This document shows, piece by piece, positions 27,222-33,690 of a stretch of DNA of 33,690 nt. Location of the stretch: the IMG/VR virus record IMGVR_UViG_3300030103_001366, positions 1 through 33,690 of that record. One strand, written 5' to 3'. The position numbers and the translations under genes are program-made. Position 1 is the stretch's first letter. The number at the start of each line of letters is the position of its first letter. The stretch comes from a virus. Taxonomy: Duplodnaviria; Caudoviricetes. Below the pieces are notes generated by a model. The model had not been told where the DNA came from. It ran no database searches and was given only the letters and a program-made list of their open reading frames with translations.

Positions 27222-28374
27222 AACTAACATAGTATTCAATCACGGCTATAATTTTTATAGATCAGATAAGAAAATATTAATTGAACAGGGCGGCTCACGA
27301 AGCGGTAAAACTATGAACCTGTTAATGTGGATTATATTTGATTATTGTAGTATAAACACAGGAAAGATTGTTACCATAACAAGGCGTGTAATGCCAAGTC
27401 TTAGGGCTACCGTTATGAGAGACTTTTTAGAGATACTACGCAAGTATGAATTGTATGATGAAGAGAAACATAATAAATCAAATAGCGAATACATACTAAA
27501 CAATAATATTATAGAGTTTATATCATTAGATCAACCTGCAAAGATTAGGGGTAGAAAAAGAAACTTACTATTTATAAATGAGGCTAACGAGATAGACTGG
27601 GAGAGTTGGCAGCAATTAATATTTAGAACAGAAGGTAAAATAGTAATTGACTACAATCCATCAGAAAGCACACATTGGATATATGATAAAGTTCTTGTAA
27701 GAGATGATGTAATATTTTATAAGACTACATATAAGGATAATCCATTTATAGATAAAGGACTAATTACAGAGCTTGAAAGATTAAAAGAAACCGACGAGGA
27801 GTATTGGCAAGTATTTGGACTTGGTGAGAGAGCATTATCAAGAACACAAATATTTACATTTGGTACAGTAAGTAATATTCCAGAACAAGCCAAACTATTA
27901 TCTATTGGTATAGACTTTGGCTACACTAACGATCCGACCTGTGCAGTAGAGGTTTACCAATTAGATCATACACTTTACATAAATGAATTACTATACAGAA
28001 CTATGATGACAACAAGTGACATACATAAGTTTTTATTGCAAAACAATATAAGCAATACTTTGTGCTTTGGAGATAGTGCAGAGGTAAGACTAATAGATGA
28101 ACTAAAAAGGATGGGCAACAATATAAGACCTAGTGTAAAAGGTCAGAATAGTATTATGGCAGGTATTGATTTATTAAAAAGGTATAAGTTAATGATAACA
28201 GAAAGTTCTACAAATGCAATAAGAGAGTTTAGAGATTATAGGTGGAAGAAAGATAAAGCAGGAAGACTTACTAATATTCCAAACGAGGGTAGCGATCATA
28301 TTCCTGATGCTACCAGGTATGCAACCTATAGTTTAATGAGTAAGCCTAATTATGGTAAATACGCAATAAGATAA
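27205..28374 (+). CDS. terL: Terminase large subunit, PBSX/SPP1-like
   Basis: Walker A QGGSRSGKT, FINEANE, DYNPS, TYKDNPF, nuclease GIDFGYTNDP, DH.PDA.RYA. Confidence 0.95.
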   Translation: MTQRVETNIVFNHGYNFYRSDKKILIEQGGSRSGKTMNLLMWIIFDYCSINTGKIVTITRRVMPSLRATVMRDFLEILRKYELYDEEKHNKSNSEYILNNNIIEFISLDQPAKIRGRKRNLLFINEANEIDWESWQQLIFRTEGKIVIDYNPSESTHWIYDKVLVRDDVIFYKTTYKDNPFIDKGLITELERLKETDEEYWQVFGLGERALSRTQIFTFGTVSNIPEQAKLLSIGIDFGYTNDPTCAVEVYQLDHTLYINELLYRTMMTTSDIHKFLLQNNISNTLCFGDSAEVRLIDELKRMGNNIRPSVKGQNSIMAGIDLLKRYKLMITESSTNAIREFRDYRWKKDKAGRLTNIPNEGSDHIPDATRYATYSLMSKPNYGKYAIR

Positions 28375-28379
28375 AAAAG

Positions 28380-28423
28380 TTATCAAAAAAATTTGATAAT
28401 ATAAAATATTGTTGTATATTAGC
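28380..28423 (+). promoter_or_regulatory. Host-type promoter overlapped by a palindromic operator
   Basis: TTTG 28392-28395, 19-nt spacer, TATATTAG 28415-28422; inverted repeat TTATCAAA-N4-TTTGATAA 28380-28399. Confidence 0.65.
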
Positions 28424-28445
28424 TTCATAATTAATAAATAATATA

Positions 28446-28742
28446 ATGAAAAATAAAATTAAATTACAATTACATATATATAGAGGAAAAAATAAAAATA
28501 GTTATTTTTTTACTTTAGGTAGCTTTGGAGATGAATATCATATTCAATGTACTCAATTACACCAACACGATTATTGGTGGGCAATAGAAAAGTTAAAAAA
28601 TGATTTTGGTTTAATTTTTCCAAAAAACTTTAAAGATAATTTTGACTATGAATCAGACGAAGATTTCAACGAAACAGTCACTCTTTATAAAGACATAAAT
28701 GTTAAGACAAAGGAAGAACTTTATCCACTTACTCGTTTATAA
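28446..28742 (+). CDS. Hypothetical protein
   Basis: 98 aa with its own promoter and downstream hairpin. Confidence 0.7.
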   Translation: MKNKIKLQLHIYRGKNKNSYFFTLGSFGDEYHIQCTQLHQHDYWWAIEKLKNDFGLIFPKNFKDNFDYESDEDFNETVTLYKDINVKTKEELYPLTRL

Positions 28743-28768
28743 TTAACCTTTAATTTAAACAACAATAC

Positions 28769-28801
28769 AGGTGCTGATAACCTATAAGTCAGCACCTTTT
28801 T
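28769..28801 (+). terminator. Hairpin/terminator
   Basis: AGGTGCTGA-N11-TCAGCACCT followed by TTTT. Confidence 0.7.
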
Positions 28802-28813
28802 AAAAATTTAAAA

Positions 28814-28999
28814 ATGACGTTTACAAAAGAATTATTATCAGATGATGTTTTAGAAACATTACTGAAATTACCAGAGTACCAAAGAAAGCACCTAGCAGCT
28901 TTTTTAATTGCATCTACTTTATCTCCTGATTCACGAGATCATTGTGTTGCTGATATTAACAATACTGAAAACTTAAAAGATGAACCGTTACCTTTCTAA
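28814..28999 (+). CDS. 61-aa protein ending in DEPLPF
   Basis: A-rich leader; SSB-tail-like C-terminus. Confidence 0.65.
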   Translation: MTFTKELLSDDVLETLLKLPEYQRKHLAAFLIASTLSPDSRDHCVADINNTENLKDEPLPF

Positions 29000-29111
29000 A
29001 ATAAAAAAATACTTGTATAACTTTTTTGTGTACGTATTACCTATTTGGATTTTTGCGGTTGTATTTGTAATTTTGCAATACATAGCAGATAAAGCTATGG
29101 GAGTACTATGA
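28980..29111 (+). CDS. 43-aa single-TM peptide (absent from ORF track)
   Basis: MNRYLSKIKKYLYNFFVYVLPIWIFAVVFVILQYIADKAMGVL*; ATGA overlap with the next ORF. Confidence 0.65.
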   Translation: MNRYLSKIKKYLYNFFVYVLPIWIFAVVFVILQYIADKAMGVL

Positions 29112-29308
29112 GCAAACCTTTAGATATAGCGATGAACAGAATATTTTGTCATTATGACTTAGATTTTTTAAAGTCATTAGACATATCGCAATACGAGGAC
29201 TTATTTATCCAGGACGCAATACAAGATCCACAGAAACATAGAATACTTGACATTGACATCAAAGATGTTGATTTTGGTGAAGTACAAAAAGAAATACTTA
29301 AAATTTAA
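29108..29308 (+). CDS. Hypothetical acidic protein
   Basis: 66 aa, coupled to the upstream ORF. Confidence 0.65.
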   Translation: MSKPLDIAMNRIFCHYDLDFLKSLDISQYEDLFIQDAIQDPQKHRILDIDIKDVDFGEVQKEILKI

Positions 29309-29359
29309 ATGCTCAGTGAATTAGGTTATTTTTCATATTAGTTTTATTGGTTAATTTGT

Positions 29360-29421
29360 AGAGGGTATTGAGCAGCCCTCTTTTTACGAGGGGGGGGTAT
29401 CAGTCAGCCCCTCTTTTTTTT
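29360..29421 (+). terminator. Two tandem Rho-independent terminators
   Basis: AGAGGGT-N8-GCCCTCT-TTTT (29360-29385) and GAG-G7-TATCAGTCA-GCCCCTC-T8 (29388-29421). Confidence 0.8.
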
Positions 29422-29455
29422 AAAAAAATGTTTAGTTTTGTATTATATAAATATG
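29422..29455 (+). promoter_or_regulatory. Putative late promoter
   Basis: A7 29422-29428, TATTATAT 29441-29448, ATG 29453; directly after the terminators. Confidence 0.75.
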
Positions 29456-30112
29456 AAACTTACAATCACAGTTCCTACAACTTTGTCTGATATGACACTA
29501 CACCAGTATCAAAGGTTTGTAGATATACAAAATCAAAATGACGACCAAACATTTATATTTCAGAAAATGATTGAAATATTTTGTGGGTTAGATTTAAAAG
29601 ATACATTTAAACTTAAAGTAGCTGATGTAAGTGATATATCACAAAGCATAATTAAACTACTAGATACTAAACCTGATCTAGTACAAAGATTTTGGTATAA
29701 CGAAATAGAGTACGGATTCATACCAAACTTAGAAGAAATAACTTTAGGTGAGTTTGTAGATCTAGAAAGCTATATGAAAGAATGGAAAGATATGCACCTT
29801 GCTATGAATGTTTTATATAGACCAATTACAATTAGTAAAAAAGGTAAATACCAAATAAAAGACTACGAGGCTAGTGATACTGATATAATGAAGAATATGC
29901 CGCTTGATGTTTGTTTTAGTTCCCTGCTTTTTTTTTACAATTTAGGGATAGACTTGTCAAGCAATTTGATGGACTATTTGGAGGAGGATCAGTGGAACAA
30001 CCTTACTCAAATAGAAACCAGTTCAACCAAAGGTGGGGTTGGTATTCAGCAATTTACGAACTCGCTAAAGGAGATATTACAAAGTTCAAAAATATCACCG
30101 AGCAAGATTTAA
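29453..30112 (+). CDS. Putative tail assembly chaperone (0-frame product, 219 aa)
   Basis: ATG 29453 at promoter spacing; VP..LSDMTL.QYQ, YGFIPNLEEITLGEFVDLE, VLYRP motifs; internal slippery site. Confidence 0.65.
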   Translation: MKLTITVPTTLSDMTLHQYQRFVDIQNQNDDQTFIFQKMIEIFCGLDLKDTFKLKVADVSDISQSIIKLLDTKPDLVQRFWYNEIEYGFIPNLEEITLGEFVDLESYMKEWKDMHLAMNVLYRPITISKKGKYQIKDYEASDTDIMKNMPLDVCFSSLLFFYNLGIDLSSNLMDYLEEDQWNNLTQIETSSTKGGVGIQQFTNSLKEILQSSKISPSKI

Positions 30113-30192
30113 AAACTGCATTGATGGCTATGATGTACTTGAAAGAAAAAAACGATGTAGAAAAAATAGAAATGAAAAGAAATGTCAGATAA
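29929..30192 (+). CDS. -1 frame extension of the chaperone via programmed frameshift (fusion ~246 aa)
   Basis: T9 run 29928-29936; the -1 frame opens after TAG 29917-29919 and reads FFLQFRDRLVKQFDGLF...RWGWYSAIYELAKGDITKF... Confidence 0.7.
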   Translation, partial: FFLQFRDRLVKQFDGLFGGGSVEQPYSNRNQFNQRWGWYSAIYELAKGDITKFKNITEQDLKTALMAMMYLKEKNDVEKIEMKRNVR

Positions 30193-30655
30193 TACAGCAA
30201 TACGATCATATTACTTAGTATCAGAAACTATAGAGAGTGCACTACTAAGCAACTCAATAACTAAGACAGTAACAATAGGAGATATATCAGATGTAGATTT
30301 AGGTAAACAAACAATATTCCCTTTAGCACATTTTATAGTAAACAATGTTACAGTAACAGAGCAAACATTACAATACAATATGACTGTACTTGTAATGGAT
30401 ATAAAAGATACGAGCAAGTCAGAAGAAACTGACAAGTTTAGAAAAAACACAGATGAGCAAGATATTTTAAATACACAATTAGGTGTGTTGAATAATCTAA
30501 TGCAAAAACTAAGGTTTGGTAATTTACATACAACTGGTTATAGATTAGTCAATGATCCAGTATGTGAACCGTTTGCAGATAGATTTGAAAATAACCTTGC
30601 AGGTTGGAATGCAGATTTAACAATAGAGATTAGAAACGACTTAAATATATGTTAG
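30182..30655 (+). CDS. Putative tail terminator/completion protein
   Basis: 157 aa alpha/beta; FPLAH, EPF.DRFENNLAGW; tail operon. Confidence 0.5.
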   Translation: MSDNTAIRSYYLVSETIESALLSNSITKTVTIGDISDVDLGKQTIFPLAHFIVNNVTVTEQTLQYNMTVLVMDIKDTSKSEETDKFRKNTDEQDILNTQLGVLNNLMQKLRFGNLHTTGYRLVNDPVCEPFADRFENNLAGWNADLTIEIRNDLNIC

Positions 30656-31227
30656 TATTTTCAGATAAATTTAACGATAGATTAGAAGACTTTTTTAAAG
30701 CTGTAAAAAAACAGGCTAGGCAAAATCTTACAAAGGGTACTAAGCTGCAGAGAAAGAAGAGACCTATAAACAACACAAAGAAACTATACAACAGTATAAA
30801 GTATGCAAAACTATTTGAAAATGAAACAGGACTTGCGTATGGTTTGTTTATGCAAGATTATGGTGATTACATTGACAAAGGTGTAAAAGGTACAAAGAGT
30901 AATTATAGAGTAAACAAAAACACACCATTTAAATTTACAACTAAACGACCACCAAGCACGGCATTAGAAGGTTGGGCAAAAGCTAGAAATATAAGATTTA
31001 GAAATGCTAAGGGACAATTTACAAAAGGTAAGTTTAATCAGATAGCTTATGTACTAGCTAAATCAATATATGAAAAAGGTATAAGAGCAAACAATTTCTT
31101 TACCATACCATTTGTAAATGAGTATAAAAAATTACCTATGGATTTACAAGATATATTTGCAGATGATATGCTAATAGAAATGATTGACAGTATGGTAGAG
31201 GCAGAACTAATTAAAAGAATAAACTAA
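30649..31227 (+). CDS. Putative neck/tail completion protein (HK97 gp10-like)
   Basis: Basic; T.KLYNSI, YG.YIDKG, RPP, IYEKGI....FF pattern. Confidence 0.5.
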   Translation: MLVFSDKFNDRLEDFFKAVKKQARQNLTKGTKLQRKKRPINNTKKLYNSIKYAKLFENETGLAYGLFMQDYGDYIDKGVKGTKSNYRVNKNTPFKFTTKRPPSTALEGWAKARNIRFRNAKGQFTKGKFNQIAYVLAKSIYEKGIRANNFFTIPFVNEYKKLPMDLQDIFADDMLIEMIDSMVEAELIKRIN

Positions 31228-32222
31228 TGGCAAATATATTATTAAGAAGTCCATATTACGAATATCATAGTCAAGCACAGAGTAGTGGTAATACCGCAAA
31301 GAGTGCAACGTTAGAATTATCAGTCGGAGGAACTGTAATAACGACTATGAACAAAGACACAAACTTATCTGGTACTACTGGATCAGTTGCATTTGAAATT
31401 GCAGACCTGTGTAGAGATTATTTAGATATTACTTTTAACAATACTTATTCAAGTCAAACAATAGCTATAACAGGTACACTTACATTCAAAAGTAAAACAC
31501 TTGACGAGATAGCATCAGGTGAAACAGCGGTTACAGTTGGAACTCCTGTCAGTATATCACATACTGGACTTGATGGTTATTTTGAATTTATGGAAGGCTT
31601 GGGTACAGGTCAAAATAGTGCTGTAACTTTATCAACAAGCACTGATGCAGTTCTACAAGACAATACAACAATATACGCACCTGATAATACAGCAGGTCAG
31701 ATACCTTACTTTGACGCAAGTGCAAGTGCAATAGTTTATCAAGCATTTGCAGCAAGTGATACAAGTGAGACTGTATTAAGTACAACTTACAACATTGAAA
31801 GAGTGTGCACAAAACACGAAGCGTATAAAGTTACATTCGTAAACAAGTATGGAGCTTTACAAGATTTTTATTTTACAGGTAAAACAACAGAAAACATAAA
31901 TATAGAAAGAACAAACTTTAAAGGTAGCATATTAGATTCTAACTCTAGGTACAGTATAAACAATCATTCTAAAAAACAATATAATACTTTAGCTAACGAA
32001 ACTCTTATTTTAAATACACCGCCTATGAGCTTTGATACAGTAAATGAAGCCTTTAAACAATTACTTGTAAGTGAGCAAGTATGGATGTATAAAGATTCTA
32101 AAACAACACCAATAAACATAACAAGCAATACTCAAAGATTTAAAACAGGAGTAAACGATCAACTTATACAATATACAATTACGGCAGAGTATGCCTTTGA
32201 TATGATTTCAAATATTAGGTAA
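31227..32222 (+). CDS. Tail structural protein (distal-tail-like)
   Basis: 331 aa; RSPY N-terminus, FVNKYGALQDFYF, QLLVSEQVW; TAATG overlaps on both sides. Confidence 0.55.
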   Translation: MANILLRSPYYEYHSQAQSSGNTAKSATLELSVGGTVITTMNKDTNLSGTTGSVAFEIADLCRDYLDITFNNTYSSQTIAITGTLTFKSKTLDEIASGETAVTVGTPVSISHTGLDGYFEFMEGLGTGQNSAVTLSTSTDAVLQDNTTIYAPDNTAGQIPYFDASASAIVYQAFAASDTSETVLSTTYNIERVCTKHEAYKVTFVNKYGALQDFYFTGKTTENINIERTNFKGSILDSNSRYSINNHSKKQYNTLANETLILNTPPMSFDTVNEAFKQLLVSEQVWMYKDSKTTPINITSNTQRFKTGVNDQLIQYTITAEYAFDMISNIR

Positions 32223-33690
32223 TGAACAATATTGAACTTTTAGTAAAGCATACAGGAGATATAAATTTTACAAGGTTAGATTTATTTGGTGATGAGACTA
32301 TATCTTTGACACAAGTAGTACAAGACGTAAAAGATCCTGGTAAAGTATTTACTAATTTTTCAAAAACATTTAGTTTACCTGCTAGTAAAACAAACAACAA
32401 ATTTTTTAAACATTACGAAAACTTTACACAAGATGTTGCTTACAGTTTTGATGCACGAAAAAAAGTACAAGCAAAAATAGAATTAAACAGTTTACCGTTT
32501 CAACAAGGTAAATTAAGATTAGAAGGTGTTGATCTAAAAAATGGTAGACCTAACATTTATAGAGTTACTTTCTTTGGTTCTTTAAATTTAAAAGATATAC
32601 TTGGTGATTTAAAGTTATCAGATCTAGATTGGCTTTCAAACTTTGATACTACTTACACATCATCATCTTTAATTACAGGTATGTCTAGTTCTGGAACTGG
32701 CAGTGTGACCGTAGATAGTGTAGCTTATCCTGTGCCTCTTGTTACTGCACTTATTAGTAATACACAAAGAGGTTTTTACTCATCTTCTAATACTGCAAAA
32801 TATTTTAATACAACAGATGAAGAAGTAAATAAAGCAGGTGGTAATTTAAATCCAAGTAACAATGTGTTATCAGGTTACTACTTTAAAGATTTAACATTTA
32901 GTATAAGATTATATTTAATTATAAAAGCTATAGAAAACTCACAGAGTGTAAAAGCTAGAAATAACAACAAGTCTATTTTATTTAGCACAGATTTTTTTAG
33001 TGATACTAATGTTAGTTTTTATAATTTATATATGTTATGCCAAAGAAATGCAGGTAAAAAAGTAGATGGCTTTGGTTCTGTTTATGTTCCAAATCAACAA
33101 AGTGGTAGAGATTATGACAATGCAAATAACGAGCACGAAGAAAATTTAGTATTAAGAGAATCAACATTTGAAATATATGGTTTGTCTTCAAGTCAAAACT
33201 TTGGTTTTGGAATAACTATTAATTTTGGTAGTATATCACAAAACATACAAGTACAAATAAAAAACATAAATTCTGGTGATATTGAATATGCAACTTGGAC
33301 TTCATCACAAACAGGACAGACAAGAACATATCAGTTAGGCAACGGTACATATGAATTAAGATTTACTAGCACAGCTCAACAAACAGTAACATCTTTTAGT
33401 TTAACTTTTACAGATACATTTGCAACATCTACTACAACAACAATAGCTACCTCAGATGTAGATGTTAATTTTATTATACCTGGAACCAACACAAGTTTTT
33501 TAATACAAGACAATATTCCTGAAATGAAAGTTCTTGATTTTCTTTCTGGGTTATTTAAATTATTTAATTTGACAGCCATAGAGGAAGATGGTAAAATAAC
33601 GGTAAAAACATTAGACAGTTTTTATACAGGTGGTACTGTAAGAAACATTACAGAGTTTGTAGATACTACAAGTAAAAGTGTAAATAAAGC
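32222..33690 (+). CDS. Tail tip/hub protein, N-terminal part (3' partial; absent from ORF track)
   Basis: ATG 32222; translated by hand with no stop to the window end (MNNIELL...RLDLFGDETISLTQ...FSKTFSLPASKTNN...IPEMKVLDFLSGLFKLFNL...SKSVNK). Confidence 0.85.
   Translation, partial: MNNIELLVKHTGDINFTRLDLFGDETISLTQVVQDVKDPGKVFTNFSKTFSLPASKTNNKFFKHYENFTQDVAYSFDARKKVQAKIELNSLPFQQGKLRLEGVDLKNGRPNIYRVTFFGSLNLKDILGDLKLSDLDWLSNFDTTYTSSSLITGMSSSGTGSVTVDSVAYPVPLVTALISNTQRGFYSSSNTAKYFNTTDEEVNKAGGNLNPSNNVLSGYYFKDLTFSIRLYLIIKAIENSQSVKARNNNKSILFSTDFFSDTNVSFYNLYMLCQRNAGKKVDGFGSVYVPNQQSGRDYDNANNEHEENLVLRESTFEIYGLSSSQNFGFGITINFGSISQNIQVQIKNINSGDIEYATWTSSQTGQTRTYQLGNGTYELRFTSTAQQTVTSFSLTFTDTFATSTTTTIATSDVDVNFIIPGTNTSFLIQDNIPEMKVLDFLSGLFKLFNLTAIEEDGKITVKTLDSFYTGGTVRNITEFVDTTSKSVNK

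Larger units (their letters stand above)
1..33690 (+). mobile_element. Near-complete tailed bacteriophage genome (Caudoviricetes, probable Flavobacteriia host)
   Basis: Terminase, portal, protease, capsid, tail, lysis and replication genes, tightly packed on one strand; no host housekeeping genes; the two terminal ORFs look like halves of one gene. Confidence 0.95.

Noticed and set aside
29438-29452. TTG 29438 as chaperone start
   Set aside because: It falls within the promoter motif region; ATG 29453 has the conserved spacing
2623-33579. All minus-strand ORFs in the track (e.g. 11669-12094, 13421-13834) and nested + ORF 1016-1273
   Set aside because: They lie within long, well-supported + strand genes, have no recognisable motifs, and are expected shadows of biased codon usage
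1-33690. Stop-codon reassignment, tRNAs, integrase/lysogeny module, auxiliary metabolic genes
   Set aside because: Genes are full length in the standard code, intergenic gaps are short and explained, and I recognised no such motifs by eye (tRNAscan and HMM searches not run)

Overview
An essentially complete, circularly permuted genome of a tailed dsDNA phage (siphovirus-like, AT-rich), with every credible gene on the + strand. The host is most likely a Bacteroidota/Flavobacteriia bacterium: there are no Shine-Dalgarno motifs, leaders are A-rich, there are TTTG-N19-20-TAnnTT(T/A)G promoters, and one signal peptide is followed by Gln. Gene order: C-terminal part of a tail tip protein (continuing the ORF that runs off the right end), tape measure, multi-module prohead protease, scaffold, decoration protein, major capsid, tail tube, portal with C-terminal extension, adaptor, tail fibre and chaperones, LamG receptor-binding protein, lysis cassette, NinG nuclease, SSB-like proteins, SF4 helicase, sigma-like factor, nucleases, DNA methyltransferase, DnaA-domain-IV-like protein, TerS/TerL, a small insulated cassette, a -1 frameshifted putative tail chaperone, and tail genes. 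I recognised no polymerase, primase, integrase, tRNA, CRISPR array or reverse transcriptase. Most notable signals: (1) a repeated A6-8-N12-TATTATAY-N4-ATG element heading five structural operons, suggesting a phage-sigma late promoter that makes leaderless mRNAs; (2) a T9 slippery-site frameshift; (3) apparent genome-wide absence of CATG; (4) DnaA-box-like palindromes at host-type promoters; (5) several unannotated micro-ORFs and a candidate antisense sRNA. Protein family calls come from motif recognition by eye, not database searches.
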